From: Escherichia coli
GTDB taxonomy: Bacteria > Pseudomonadota > Gammaproteobacteria > Enterobacterales > Enterobacteriaceae
Assembly: GCF_001677475.2 (NCBI RefSeq)
Contig: NZ_CP015229.1
Length of the DNA: 64,000 nucleotides
Strand: one strand, 5' to 3'
The position numbers and the translations under genes were made by a program. The notes below the pieces were generated by a model. The model was not told where the DNA came from. It made no database searches and was given only the letters and a program-made list of their open reading frames with translations. This document shows positions 23,858 to 38,228 of the stretch, piece after piece (the stretch's first letter is position 1; every line of letters starts with the position of its first letter).

Positions 23858-25699
23858 TCAACGCAGTACCATCAACAGTGCCAGCACCACGACCGCACCG
23901 ATGCTCATGGATGCCACATACCAGCGCAGATAACCGTTCTCGCTTAACAGCAGACCTTTACCTGCAAAGCGGGAAAGGACAGCCGGGATGTTCATCATTG
24001 AGTTCAGCGGATCGCGTTTCAGCAACCAGGCAATACCCAGGAACGACTTGACGAACACTTTGTCATACAGCCAGTCAAATCCCCAGGCGTTGTACCACCA
24101 GGTGCCCAGCAGACGGCCCGGCGCACTGTTGGCGATGGAAGTCACCAGAGTACGTTTACCCAGCCACAGCCAGGCTGCCAGCAGAATGCCGACCACCGCG
24201 ACCACGCCAGAGGTAATTTCCAGGGTCAACATGCTGCCGTGCGCCAGCTCCGTCGTTTGCGGGAGCACGCCCTGCAGCGGCGGTACAATCAGTGCGCCAA
24301 CGAAGGTGGAAAGGATCAGCAGCACAATCAGCGGCAGGCTGTGAGTTATCCCTTTCACGGCGTGAGCGTGAATTTGTTCTTTTCCGTGGAAGACGATGAA
24401 AATCATACGGAAGGTGTAAAGCGAGGTCATAAACGCACCGACCAGACCTGCCACCATCAGATTGATATGACCATTCGCCATCGCACCCGCGAGGATCTCA
24501 TCCTTACTGAAGAAGCCCGCAGTGACCAGCGGCAGTGCCGACAGTGCTGCGCCACCCACCAGGAAGCAGAGATAAACCAGCGGAATAGATTTACGCAGAC
24601 CGCCCATCTTGAAGATGTTCTGTTCGTGATGGCAGGCCAGAATGACGGAACCGGATGCCAGGAACAGCAGCGCTTTAAAGAACGCGTGAGTCATCAAGTG
24701 GAAAATCGCCGCATCCCATGCCTGCACGCCAAGCGCGAGGAACATGTAGCCAATCTGGCTCATGGTAGAGTAAGCGAGAACACGTTTGATATCAGTCTGT
24801 ACCAGCGCGGCAAAACCGGCCAGCAGCAGCGTAACCGCCCCGACAATGCCCACCAGATGCAGAACTTCCGGGGTCATCAGGAACAGGCCGTGGGTACGGG
24901 CGATCAGGTAGACACCTGCGGTTACCATCGTTGCGGCGTGGATCAGCGCGGAGACAGGCGTCGGGCCCGCCATCGCGTCGGCAAGCCATGTCTGCAACGG
25001 CAACTGCGCAGATTTACCGACCGCACCGCCCAGCAGCATCAGCGTCGCCCACATCAGCATGTTATTGCCGTCAGCAAAGTGCGCTGGTGCCAGTTCCACC
25101 ATTTCGCGGAAGTTCAGGGTGCCCAGTTCGTTGTAAAGAATGAACAGCGCGAAAGCGAGGAAGACGTCACCCACACGGGTCACGACGAACGCTTTCATTG
25201 CCGCTGCGCCATTCTTCGGATCGGTGTAATAGAAACCGATCAGCAGATAGGAGCACAGGCCCACGCCTTCCCAGCCGAGGTACATCAACAGCAGGTTATC
25301 GGCAAGCACCAGAACTACCATGCTGGCGATGAACAGGTTGGTGTAAGCGAAGAAGCGAGAGTAGCCCTCTTCACCGCGCATATACCAGGAGGCGTACATG
25401 TGAATAAGGAAACCCACACCAGTGACCACCGAGAGCATGGTCAGCGACAGGCCGTCCAGCACCAGGTTAAAACCGATGTTAAAGTCGCCTACCGACATCC
25501 ACGTCCACAGCGGCTGGCTATATGCCTGCTCACCGTTAGCGAAGAAGTCAACGCCGATAAAGGCGGTTACCAGCGCCGCCAGGCCCACAGAGCCAACGCC
25601 GACGATCGCTGAGACGTTTTCAGACCAGCGCCCACGGGAGAACGCCAGCAGGACGAAGCCAATCAATGGCAAAATAATGGTTAAGGCAAGCATGTTCAT
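23858..25699 (-). CDS. nuoL: NADH:quinone oxidoreductase subunit L
   Basis: 613-aa antiporter-like membrane subunit. Confidence 0.95.
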
Positions 25700-25998
25700 C
25701 CGCGCATCTCACTTACTGAATCGATGTTCAGGTTCTGGCGACGACGGTGAAGTTGCAGCAGCAGCGCAAGGCCGATACTTGCTTCTGCCGCCGCGAGGCT
25801 GATGGCGAGAATGTACATCACCTGACCGTCGGTCTGGCCCCAGTAGCTTCCGGCGACCACAAAGGCCAGCGCGGAGGCGTTAATCATGATTTCCAGACCA
25901 ATCAGCATAAACAGCAGATTGCGACGGATAACCAGACCGGTTAAGCCAAGAACGAATAAGATTGCCGCGAGGATCAGTCCATGTTGTAAGGGGATCAT
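25696..25998 (-). CDS. nuoK: NADH:quinone oxidoreductase subunit K
   Basis: 100-aa membrane subunit; 4-nt overlap with nuoL. Confidence 0.95.
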
Positions 25999-26549
25999 GC
26001 GTGCTCCTCCGTTTTTCTTTTCGCGCTGTCGTCTTTACGATTGCTCAGCACTTCACCCGCTCGCTCTTCACGACCAACGTGGAAGGCCACAACCAGACCC
26101 GCGAGCAGCAGCATAGAAGCCAGTTCCACCGCCAGTACGTAAGGCCCGAACAGCGTAATACCCACTGCTTTAGCACTGATTGGCGTACCGTCGATACCCT
26201 GATCGTTAACACCGAGAATGGCGTAAACAATCACCACCAGCATGATGGCCGACAAAATTGCCGGACCAATCCACACCTGCGGTTTCAGCCACTGGCGTTC
26301 CTGTTCAATTTCTGAACCGCCCAGGTTGAGCATCATCACCACGAACACGAACAGCACCATAATGGCACCCGCGTAGACGATAATTTCCAGCGCACCGGCG
26401 AAGTAAGCGCCCAGTGAGAAGAACACCCCAGAGATCGCCAGCAGCGAAATAATCAGGTACAGCAGTGCGTGTACCGGATTGGTATGGGTGATCACTCGCA
26501 AGGTCGCAAGTATGGCTATCAGGCCACAGATATAAAAAGCGAACTCCAT
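25995..26549 (-). CDS. nuoJ: NADH:quinone oxidoreductase subunit J
   Basis: 184-aa membrane subunit; 4-nt overlap with nuoK. Confidence 0.95.
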
Positions 26550-26560
26550 TGCCCCTCTCC

Positions 26561-27103
26561 TTACGGTAACAGGCTCTTGACGTCGATAGGCTTGGCTTCG
26601 TTCTCTGCTTCGCCCTTATCTTTGCCGTCGATTGCCATACCTGCCATCCGGTAGAAGTTATATTCCGGGTATTTGCCCGGACCGGAGATCAGCAGATCCT
26701 CTTTCTCGTAAACCAGATCCTGGCGCTTGTATTCCCCCATTTCGAAATCCGGGGTTAACTGAATCGCCGTGGTCGGACAGGCTTCTTCGCACAGACCACA
26801 GAAAATGCAGCGTGAGAAGTTGATGCGGAAAAATTCCGGATACCAGCGACCGTCTTTGGTTTCTGCTTTTTGCAGCGAGATACAGCCGACCGGGCAGGCT
26901 ACCGCGCAGAGGTTACAGGCTACGCAACGCTCTTCGCCGTCCGGATCGCGGGTCAGAACGATACGACCACGATAACGGGGCGGCAGATAGACCGGCTCTT
27001 CCGGGTACATTCGCGTTTCGCGTTTGGCGAACGCGTGCAGGCCGATCATCCAGATACTACGAACCTGGGTGCCGAAACCTACTAACAATTCTTTTAAGGT
27101 CAT
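26561..27103 (-). CDS. nuoI: NADH:quinone oxidoreductase subunit I (2x[4Fe-4S] ferredoxin-like)
   Basis: 180-aa ORF with two CxxCxxCxxxCP motifs. Confidence 0.95.
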
Positions 27104-27117
27104 GGTCTTATTGCCCC

Positions 27118-28095
27118 TTATTGCGCCTGCCAGAGAATGACAGCCGCCGTTACCAGCAAGTTGATCAGCGTCAGCGGCAGGCAGATTTTCCAGCCGAAGG
27201 ACATTACCTGGTCATAACGCGGACGCGGTAACGACGCACGAATCAAAATGAACATCATCATAAAGAACGCGGTTTTCAGCGCGAACCAGATGAATGGCGG
27301 TAACAACGGGCCTTGCCAGCCACCGAAGAACAGCGTCACCATCAGTGCAGAGATGGTCACAATCCCGATGTACTCACCCACGAAGAACAGACCGAACTTC
27401 ATGCCGGAATATTCAATGTGGTAACCATCCGCCAGTTCCTGCTCGGCTTCCGGCTGGTCAAACGGGTGACGGTGACACACCGCCACGCCCGCGATGGCAA
27501 AGGTAATAAAACCAAAGAATTGCGGGATGACGTTCCACACATGCGCCTGGCTGTTGACGATGTCGGTCATGTTGAATGAACCGGCCTGCGCCACCACGCC
27601 CATCAGGGAAAGCCCGAGGAACACTTCGTAGCTCAGAGTCTGCGCAGAAGCACGCATCGCCCCCAGCAACGAGTATTTGTTGTTACTTGACCAGCCCGCA
27701 AACAGCACCGCGTAGACCGCCAGACCGGCCATCATCAGGAAGAACAAAATCCCGATGTTCAGGTCGGCAACCACCCAACCTGGGCTGACTGGCACAATCG
27801 CAAAGGCCAGCAGCAGCGAGGTAAAGGCAATCATCGGTGCCAGGGTAAAGATGACGCGATCCGAGAATTTCGGGATCCAGTCTTCTTTGAAGAACATCTT
27901 GATCATGTCCGCGACCAGCTGGAGCGAACCGCCCCAGCCAACACGGTTAGGTCCGTAACGGTTCTGGAACAGACCCAGCAGGCGACGTTCGCCAAAGCTC
28001 ATGAATGCCCCACAGGTGACAACCACCAGCAGGATCACCACCGCTTTGAGGATGGTCAGCAGGATCTCAATCAGTTCCGGTGATATCCAACTCAT
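27118..28095 (-). CDS. nuoH: NADH:quinone oxidoreductase subunit H
   Basis: 325-aa membrane subunit. Confidence 0.95.
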
Positions 28096-30818
28096 TGTTG
28101 TGCCTCCTTGAGATCCTCAAGATGCGCGCCAGCCAGCACCGGAGCAATGCCGGACATACCCATCGGCAAGCCAACCTGCCCTGCCGTCAGCCCTTCGGCG
28201 ATTTCAACCGGCAGCGTGACCGTGTTGCCATCGTAGCTAAAGGAGACACGAGTGCCCGCGTTCACACCCAACTTCGCGGCATCCGCCGGGTTAAGTTTGA
28301 TGTACGGCTGTGGCATACGGCTCTGGAAAACCGGAGCACGCTGTGACAATTCATCGCTGCCAAACAGGTGGTAGTACGGCGCGATACGCCATTTCCCTGC
28401 CTGCGGCTGGAAGCGTGCCGGTACGCTGGTGAAGTAATCCAGACCATTTTCGCTGGTTTCAAACAGACGCACACCTGGATCGCCAAAGCGCAGTTTGCCG
28501 CCCACTTCGTCCTGGAATTTGTTCCACGCCTGCGGGGAGTTCCAGCCCGGTGCCCAGGCAAACGGCACTTGCGAACGGTGCGCGGTCGGCTGGTTGTTAC
28601 CTTCCATCGAGAAGGTGAACATGGTGTCAATATCCTGCGGCTGACGCGGCTCATGAACGCTGATATTGGCGCGCATGGCGGTACGACCGCTGTAACGGTG
28701 CGGTTCACGGGCCAATTTCTGCCCACGAATACGGAATGTCGCATCCGGCGCAGCATCTTTGATACCCGCCAGTTCGGGGATTTTCGCCACAACAGCGTCA
28801 ATCACATGGTCGAGCTGCGTCCAGTCCACTTCACGGCTCAGCAGGGTGCTGTGCAGCGAGTGCAGCCAGCGCCAGCTTTCCAGCATGACAGTTTTGCTGT
28901 CGTAATAAGCCGGATCGTAAACCTGGAAGAAACGTTGGGCGCGGCCTTCGTTGTTGATCACCGTACCGTCGCTTTCAGCAAAGCTGGCAGCAGAAAGTAC
29001 CAGATGGGCGTTTTCCATAATCGCTGTGCGTTGATGGTCAACCACCATCACCAGCGGCGCTTTAGCCAGCGCAGCATTCACGCGGGTAGCGGAAGCGTGA
29101 CGATGCAGATCGTTTTCCAGCACCACCACCGCGTCGGCGCGTCCGGTTTCCAGTTCGGTCAACGCTTCTTCAAGCGAACCGCCCCCCATAATGCCCAGCC
29201 CCATGCTGTTTACAGAGCGAGCAATCATGGTGATACCAACGTCAGCGCCGCGACCTTTCAGGGCTTTTGCGACGTTAGCCGCAGCCTGAATCACTTCAGC
29301 GCTACCGGCGTTTGTCCCGGAGATAATCAACGGTTTCTTCGCACCTGCCAGTGCCTGCACGATGACATCGATTTTGCTTTGCAGCTCAGGTTCGATACCG
29401 TCAACCGCTGGTGCGGAGTTGTCCAGCGCATGAGCGATGGCAAAACCTAAACGCGCCTGATCTTCAACCGGTGCGCGGTAAGTCCACGCCGCGATATCAT
29501 CCAGACGGGTGTCATCAACGTTGGTAACAAACAGCGGATGCTTCGCACGTTGGCCGATGTTGAGGATTGCCGCAATTTGCCAGTCAGCCACTTTCTGTGC
29601 TGCCGCCATTTCGCGCGCTTTACCTTTCACCGCCTGACGCACCGCCAGTGCGACACGAGCGCCAGTCTGAGTAACGTCTTCGCCCAGCACCAGTACCGCA
29701 TCGTAAGATTCGATTTCGCGCAGAGCCGGAGTATAAATGCCGCCTTCACGCAGCACTTTTAGTGCCAGTTGCAGACGTTCCTGCTCACCGTGAGCGATAC
29801 CGGTATAGAAGTTTTCTTCGCCCACCAGCTCACGCAGCGCAAAGTTGCTTTCCACGCTGGCACGCGGAGAACCAATACCGATCACTTTCTTCGACTGACG
29901 CAGAATATCTGCCGCGCCCTGCATTGCCTGTTCGGCGTTGAGGGTAATGAAATCATCGCCACGACGCTGTACTGGCTGACGCGGACGATCTTTCAGGTTG
30001 ACGTAGCCGTAACCGAAACGACCACGGTCGCAGAGGAAGTAGTGGTTTACTGTACCGTTGTAACGGTTTTCGATTCGACGCAGTTCGCCATAACGCTCGC
30101 CGGGGCTGATGTTACAGCCGATGGAACATTGCTGGCAGATGCTCGGCGCAAACTGCATATCCCATTTACGGTTGTAACGCTCGGAGTGCGTTTTGTCGGT
30201 GAATACGCCGGTCGGGCAAATTTCGACCAGGTTACCGGAAAATTCGCTTTCCAGCGTGCCGTCTTCCGGGCGACCGAAGTAGACGTTGTCGTGCGCACCG
30301 TAAACGCCCAGATCTGTACCGTCAGCGTAATCTTTGTAGTAACGCACGCAGCGGTAGCAGGCGATGCAGCGGTTCATTTCGTGAGAGATGAACGGCCCCA
30401 AATCCTGATTACGGTGGGTACGTTTGGTGAAACGGTAGCGACGGAAGCTGTGTCCGGTCATCACGGTCATATCCTGAAGATGACAGTTACCGCCTTCTTC
30501 ACATACCGGACAATCGTGCGGGTGGTTGGTCATTAACCACTCGACCACACTTTCACGGAACTGTTTCGCTTCTTCGTCGTCAATGGAAATAAAGGTGCCA
30601 TCGGAAGCCGGTGTCATACAGGACATCACCAGGCGACCACGCGTGTCTTCCGCGTTTTGGTATTGCTTCACCGCACACTGGCGGCAAGCACCGACGCTTC
30701 CCAGCGCCGGATGCCAGCAAAAGTAAGGAATATCAAGGCCCAGAGACAGACAAGCTTCCAGCAAGTTGTCCGCTCCGTTGACCTCGTATTCTTTGCCGTC
30801 TACATGAATTGTAGCCAT
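28092..30818 (-). CDS. nuoG: NADH:quinone oxidoreductase subunit G
   Basis: Track ORF is 910 aa from ATG 30824; the known protein begins [15 protein letters not shown]... (908 aa), and ATG 30818 is preceded by GGAAG. Multiple Fe-S cysteine clusters. Confidence 0.93.
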
Positions 30819-30870
30819 TAGCATGCTTCCAGTTTTCTCAGTCAGAGACTGAGCGTTAATCGAAATTCGG

Positions 30871-32208
30871 TTACCAGCGCTCTTTCAGCAGGTTCGGCTG
30901 AATCCCATTAATCAAATGGGTATTGCTGAACGGCTGTTTGATTCCCGCCTCAAATTCTTCGCGGAAATATTTGATGGCGCTCTGTAACGGCTCCACTGCA
31001 CCAGGTGCGTGGGCACAGAAAGTTTTACCCGGGCCTAAGAATCGACACAGTTGCTCAAGTGTTTCGATATCGCCCGGCTGACCTTCGCCACGCTCCAGCG
31101 CACGCAGAATTTTCACGCTCCACGGCAGACCGTCGCGGCACGGCGTACACCAGCCGCAGGACTCACGGGCGAAAAACTCTTCCAGGTTACGCACCAGCGA
31201 CACCATGTTGATCTCATGGTCAACCGCCATCGCCAGCGCCGTACCCAGACGGCTGCCCGCTTTACCGATGCTTTCGAATTCCATCGGCAGGTCAAGGTGC
31301 GCTTCGGTCAGGAAGTCGGTGCCCGCGCCGCCTGGCTGCCAGGCTTTGAATTTCAGACCGTCACGCATACCACCGGCGTAATCTTCGAGGATCTCGCGTG
31401 CGGTGGTGCCGAACGGCAGTTCCCACAGACCCGGATTTTTCACCCGACCGGAGAAGCCCATCAGCTTGGTGCCAGCATCTTTACTTTTCGAGATGTTCTT
31501 ATACCACTCCACGCCGTTAGCAAGGATTGCCGGAACGTTACACAGGGTTTCGACGTTGTTGACGCAGGTTGGTTTACCCCATGCGCCGGAGGTTGCCGGG
31601 AAGGGGGGCTTCGAGCGCGGGTTAGCGCGACGCCCTTCCAGGGAGTTGATTAACGCTGTTTCTTCCCCGCAGATGTAGCGCCCTGCCCCGGTATGGACGA
31701 ACAGTTCGAAGTCGAAACCTGTTCCCATAATGTTTTTGCCAAGTAGACCCGCTTCGGTGGCTTCGGCAATGGCACGGCGTAGATTCACTGCCGCTTCGAT
31801 ATATTCGCCGCGCAGGAAGATATAGCCACGGTAAGCTTTCAGCGCAAACGCGGAGATGAGCATGCCTTCCACCAGCAGGTGCGGCAGTTGCTCCATCAGC
31901 AGGCGGTCTTTATAGGTGCCCGGCTCCATTTCATCCGCGTTACACAGCAGGTAACGGATGTTCATGGATTCGTCTTTCGGCATCAGGCTCCACTTCAGAC
32001 CAGTCGAAAAGCCCGCGCCGCCGCGCCCTTTCAGACCAGCGTCTTTTACCTGATTAACGATTTCGTCCGGAGACAGCCCGGTCAGCGCCTTACGCGCGCC
32101 TTCGTAACCGTTTTTGCTGCGATATTCGTCCAGCCACACTGGCTGTTTGTCATCGCGCAGACGCCAGGTCAGCGGATGCGTTTCGGGAGTACGGATAATG
32201 TTTTTCAT
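30871..32208 (-). CDS. nuoF: NADH:quinone oxidoreductase subunit F (NADH/FMN binding)
   Basis: 445-aa ORF matching NuoF. Confidence 0.95.
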   Translation of the reverse strand: MKNIIRTPETHPLTWRLRDDKQPVWLDEYRSKNGYEGARKALTGLSPDEIVNQVKDAGLKGRGGAGFSTGLKWSLMPKDESMNIRYLLCNADEMEPGTYKDRLLMEQLPHLLVEGMLISAFALKAYRGYIFLRGEYIEAAVNLRRAIAEATEAGLLGKNIMGTGFDFELFVHTGAGRYICGEETALINSLEGRRANPRSKPPFPATSGAWGKPTCVNNVETLCNVPAILANGVEWYKNISKSKDAGTKLMGFSGRVKNPGLWELPFGTTAREILEDYAGGMRDGLKFKAWQPGGAGTDFLTEAHLDLPMEFESIGKAGSRLGTALAMAVDHEINMVSLVRNLEEFFARESCGWCTPCRDGLPWSVKILRALERGEGQPGDIETLEQLCRFLGPGKTFCAHAPGAVEPLQSAIKYFREEFEAGIKQPFSNTHLINGIQPNLLKERW

Positions 32209-32705
32209 TTATACCGCTCCAGCAGTTCAGGGATCGCTTCCGGGGTCAGATGTGCGTGAGTATCCTCATCGATCATCATGTTTGGCCCTTTATCACAGTT
32301 CCCCAGGCAGCAAGTTGGCAGCAGCGTAAAGCGACCGTCAAATGTCGTTTGTCCTGGTTTGATGTTCAGCTTTTTCTCGAGCGCCGCCTGAATACCCTGG
32401 TAACCGTTGATATGACAGACCACGCTGTCGCAATAACGGATCACATGGCGGCCTACTGGCTGACGGAAGATCTGGCTATAAAACGTTGCCACGCCTTCGA
32501 CATCGCTCGCCGGAATACCCAGCACATCGGCGATCGCGTGGATCGCGCCATCCGGCACCCAGCCACGCTGCTTCTGAACGATTTTCAGCGCTTCAATGGA
32601 CGCCGCACGCGGGTCTTCGTAGTGGTGCATCTCGTGCTCAATCGCTTCACGCTCTGCCGCACTCAGCTCAAAAGCCTCGGTTTGTGGTTGTTGATTATCG
32701 TGCAT
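32205..32705 (-). CDS. nuoE: NADH:quinone oxidoreductase subunit E ([2Fe-2S])
   Basis: 166-aa ORF; 4-nt overlap with nuoF. Confidence 0.95.
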   Translation of the reverse strand: MHDNQQPQTEAFELSAAEREAIEHEMHHYEDPRAASIEALKIVQKQRGWVPDGAIHAIADVLGIPASDVEGVATFYSQIFRQPVGRHVIRYCDSVVCHINGYQGIQAALEKKLNIKPGQTTFDGRFTLLPTCCLGNCDKGPNMMIDEDTHAHLTPEAIPELLERYK

Positions 32706-32707
32706 AA

Positions 32708-34498
32708 TTAGCGGTCCACATCTGACATAACAAAATCGATACTGCCCAGATAAACAATCAGGTCAGACACCAGGCTGCCGCGGATCGCCGCCGGAATTTG
32801 CTGCAAATGCGCATAACTCGGCGTACGGATACGGGTGCGATAACTCATGGTGCTACCGTCGCTGGTCAGGTAGTAACTGTTGATCCCCTTGGTCGCCTCA
32901 ATCATCTGGAAAGATTCATTGGCTGGCATCACCGGCCCCCACGACACTTGCAGGAAGTGGGTGATCAGGGTTTCGATATGTTGCAGCGTGCGCTCTTTCG
33001 GCGGCGGCGTAGTCAGCGGATGATCCGCTTTGAACGGGCCTTCCGGCATGTTGTTGAGGCACTGCTCAAGAATGCGCAGACTCTGGCGCAGCTCTTCCAC
33101 TTTCAGCATTACGCGGGTGTAGCAGTCAGAAACACCACCACCCACCGGGATTTCAAAGTCGAAGTTTTCATAGCCAGAATACGGACGCGCCTTACGCACG
33201 TCGAAGTCGATCCCGGTGGCTCGCAGGCCCGCGCCAGTGGTGCCCCACTCCAGTGCCTCTTTCGCGCCATAGGCGGCAACGCCCTGGGAACGACCTTTCA
33301 GAATGGTATTTTGCAGCGCCGCTTTCTCGTAAGACGCCAGACGTTTCGGCATCCAGTCGAGGAACTCACGCAGCAGGCGATCCCAGCCGCGCGGCAGGTC
33401 GTGCGCTACGCCGCCAATACGGAACCACGCCGGGTGCATACGAAAACCCGTGATTGCTTCCACCAGATCGTAAATTTTCTGACGATCGGTAAAGGCGAAG
33501 AACACTGGCGTCATCGCGCCGACGTCCTGAATAAAGGTGGAGATATACAGCAGATGGCTGTTGATGCGGAACAGCTCAGAAAGCATTACGCGAATGACGT
33601 TAACGCGATCCGGCACGGTGATCCCGGCCAGTTTCTCTACAGCCAGCACGTAAGGCATTTCGTTAACGCAGCCGCCGAGGTATTCGATACGGTCGGTATA
33701 CGGAATGTAGCTATGCCAGGACTGGCGCTCGCCCATTTTCTCCGCACCACGGTGGTGGTAGCCGATGTCTGGTACGCAGTCGACAATCTCTTCGCCATCG
33801 AGCTGCAAAACGATACGGAAAGCACCGTGCGCCGACGGGTGGTTCGGACCGAGGTTGAGGAACATGAAGTCCTCGTTTTCGGTGCCGCGCTTCATCCCCC
33901 ACTCTTCCGGTTTGAAGGTCAGGGCTTCCATTTCCAGATCCTGTTTGGCTTTGGTCAGCTCAAACGGCGAGAATTCGGTAGCGCGCGCCGGGTAATCTTT
34001 ACGCAGCGGATGACCTTTCCAGGTTTGCGGCATCATGATGCGGCGCAAATTAGGATGACCGTCGAAAGTAATGCCAAACAGATCCCAGGTTTCACGCTCA
34101 TACCAGTTAGCGTTCGGGAACAGTTTGGTGAAGGTCGGTACGTGCAGGTCGTTTTCTGCCAGCGCCACCTTCAGCATGATGTCGCGGTTACGATCGATAG
34201 AAATCAGATGGTAGAAAACGGAAAAATCCGCGGCAGGTAACCCTTCGCGGTGTGTGCGCAGACGTTCGTCCATGCCGTGTAAGTCAAACAGCATGACGTA
34301 AGGTTTCGGCAGTTTCTTTAAGAAATCGCCAACTTCCAGTAATTGTTCACGCTTGATCCACACAACGGGAACCCCGGTGCGAGTCGCCTGAACAGTAAAG
34401 GCATCCGGCCCAAAACGGTTGCGCAGTTCGCCAATCACCGGATCATCAAGATGATCGCGGGTCTGCCAGGCGGGTTCTTGCGCGGTTAAGTCGGTCAT
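32708..34498 (-). CDS. nuoC: NADH:quinone oxidoreductase fused subunit C/D
   Basis: Track ORF is 600 aa from ATG 34510; the known product begins [30 protein letters not shown]... and ATG 34498 has a GGTGA Shine-Dalgarno, so 34498 is preferred (34510 possible). Confidence 0.92.
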
Positions 34499-34603
34499 AT
34501 TGTTCACCATTGCAAATGGTCCGTGGTGACTGTCGGCGCAGTAAGCTTCGCGAAATAGATTTAGGAATAAGCGAAGAAAAATCCCTTTGCCGACAGGCGC
34601 AAA

Positions 34604-35266
34604 TTAAATCTCGTCAGGTGTACGCAGGTTGGTTACGGCAATGCGTTCACCGCGCTTGCGTTCGCGCTCTGATTGCATATTGGCGCGATAAACGCCCTGA
34701 TCGCCAACCACCCAGGAGAGCGGACGACGTTCTTTGCCGATAGATTCCTGCAACAGCATCAGTGCCTGCATGTACGCTTCAGGACGCGGCGGGCAGCCCG
34801 GGATATACACATCAACCGGGATGAATTTATCGACGCCCTGCACAACGGAATAAATATCGTACATACCACCAGAGTTGGCACAGGCACCCATTGAGATAAC
34901 CCATTTTGGTTCCAGCATCTGGTCATACAGACGCTGAATAACCGGTGCCATTTTGGTAAAGCAGGTTCCTGCAACCACCATCAGGTCAGCCTGACGCGGC
35001 GAAGCACGCAATACTTCTGCGCCAAAACGCGCCACGTCATGCACCGCGGTAAACGAAGTCACCATCTCAACGTAACAGCAGGAAAGACCGAAGTTATACG
35101 GCCAAATTGAGTTTTTACGACCCCAGTTAACCATGTCATTGAGCTTGCCCATAAACACGTTTTTGTTAACTTCTTGCTCCAGAGGGTCGGTTACGATCTC
35201 CTGCTTTTGCAGGGGGTAACGGTCGTTCTCACCGTTGGGATCTATGCGGGTGAGCGTATAATCCAT
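34604..35266 (-). CDS. nuoB: NADH:quinone oxidoreductase subunit B
   Basis: 220-aa ORF matching NuoB. Confidence 0.95.
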
Positions 35267-35281
35267 CTTAATGCCTCGCGG

Positions 35282-35725
35282 TTAGCGTTGACGATTAGCG
35301 ATACTGTTCGTTTCCGGGTTCATACGCTCGCGGCGTGAACGCGCGGGCGTCCAGTCCAGCGCGCCAATACGCACCAGATAAACCAGACCTGCCAGTAACA
35401 CAAAAATAAAAATTGCAGCTTCCACAAAGCCTACCCAGCCGCTTTCGCGGATAGAGGTTGACCATGCGAACAGATACAGTGCTTCAACGTCGAAGATAAC
35501 GAAGAACATGGCCACCAGATAAAACTTGGCGGACAGGCGTAAGCGGGCGGAGCCGACCGAGTCGATACCGGATTCAAACGGCACGTTTTTCGACCTCGCG
35601 CGTGCGCGACCGCCTAAAAACCAACCGCCTACCAGCATCAGGCAACACAGGCCAATGGCAACGATAAGAAAGATAGCGAATGCCCAGTGATGAGCGATGA
35701 CTTCAGTGGATGTTGACATACTCAT
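35282..35725 (-). CDS. nuoA: NADH:quinone oxidoreductase subunit A
   Basis: 147-aa membrane ORF; first gene of the nuo operon. Confidence 0.95.
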
Positions 35726-36355
35726 TGCTTACTCATCAAAAGTAGCGCCAGATTCACTGCTCTTCACGGCAGATGGACGCCACATCGATTCATGGGGAGG
35801 AATAAAAAAAACCTTACAATCACTGTAGAAATTCTTTTATACAGCTAATTGATGTGGTCTTTTACTCCTTTCTATAACCTTTTGTCAACTTTAACAAAAG
35901 TTTCTTCACATTAGTTTACATAATATCAACACCATTAGCATTTAATGCCCTTTCACCCCAGATCCTTGACGACTCCAGGATAATTAGATGTTGTTGAATC
36001 GTGTCCGTTGTGAAGCAATGGAAAAAATACGGGTCTATTTTGACAGGAATTTGTGTCGATTCCTCCCCCCAAAAGAGAGTATTTTCTTGATCTGTGACAC
36101 GCTTTTGTCATTCCATAACAAAAACGCAGCAACAAATTTACGTATTTTTTAACATCATTGTAGCAGGTGATTTTTTTCAGGCGATTATTTGTGCGTTCGG
36201 GACGTGAATCTCTGGCGATTGAAAAATGAACAGTTTTGTGCGTTCTGCACGATACGAGGAAGGCTTTTTACTAAAAAAAAAGCCGCTGGGGTTTAAAATC
36301 CCGCCAGCGGCTCGTTTTTACACTATTGTTCCAGGAATTATCTATCGTCCGTCGA
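35726..36355 (-). promoter_or_regulatory. nuo operon promoter / upstream regulatory region
   Basis: 630-bp AT-rich non-coding stretch between the lrhA stop and the nuoA start; by established knowledge the nuo promoters and several regulator sites are here. Individual sites not resolved by eye. Confidence 0.55.
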
Positions 36356-37297
<942 letters not shown>

Positions 37298-37728
37298 TTA
37301 TCACTTACTGGCGGCTCATACTGAGCTGGTTAATGCTGTGCACACACAAACAAGCAATTCCATTTGTAATGTGCCTCCCTGGCAGTTTCATCCGGAACCC
37401 GGACGAAAGTAAAAATGCATATGAGTTGCACTAAAAAAGCGACTCACATTGTTCCGTTATAATGCCTGAAGTAGATCACAGAATATATCTTCAGGGATCG
37501 CATATCTATTAAGTTACTCACTCTTTTCTATTTATGACATGCGCGTGTTTGTATAAATGTAAATGTGAGTCCTTGTTCCACTCTCGTGCAGCATCGCTGG
37601 TCATACGCGAACACGTACAAACAGCAATGGTGAGGCGGCATCAAGAGCAGGGATCCGTCATTTATCCAAGCATTTTACCCCAAAAACCTTTTATTTATAA
37701 GGGTCATTGCGAATTATCTGATGCAAAG

Positions 37729-37756
37729 TTATGTTATGTTATGTTATGTTATGTTA
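37729..37756. repeat. Pentanucleotide microsatellite (ATGTT)x5 in the lrhA-alaA intergenic region
   Basis: Read directly from the sequence: agtt atgtt atgtt atgtt atgtt atgtt agg. Confidence 0.9.
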
Positions 37757-38228
37757 GGCAAAGTAATCTCCTATTATTAATAAGCACAACAAAACCTTTT
37801 TGAATATTAAATAATAATTAATTAGCACCATCCTCATTCATTAATACTGCTTAACAATAGTTTCACACCTTCCCCCCATTGCGACACCTCGGAAATCATC
37901 ACGCTGTTAAACTCTCCGTAATGAGTAAATATCATCATCGCGATTCATTAGTGAATTCTTAAACGAGGCATTTTCACACAATTATCTCACAGATAAAAAA
38001 ACCACACTTACAATAAATAATCAGAATAATTCACTATATAACATTACTTATTAAGCATATACACCTCATTATTTTACCATTATTAAGTTATTAACAGCAC
38101 AATCGAGCCTTCCCCTCTGGCAAAATCTTATTCTGCAGACCTTCAAAACACCGTCCTGGGGGAGTACATTGTTCTAAGCTGACTTCCACGGCAGGGAGTG
38201 GCGATAACAGCAAAAAAGGTCAAGATTC

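Noticed and set aside
32798-34240. 480-aa plus-strand ORF opposite nuoCD; similar ORFs at 24239..25612 (opposite nuoL), 28368..29450 and 29769..30536 (opposite nuoG), 20775..21764 (opposite nuoN), 10484..11647 (opposite menB)
   Set aside because: All lie antisense to well-supported nuo or men genes and have biased, repetitive composition; not credible coding regions.
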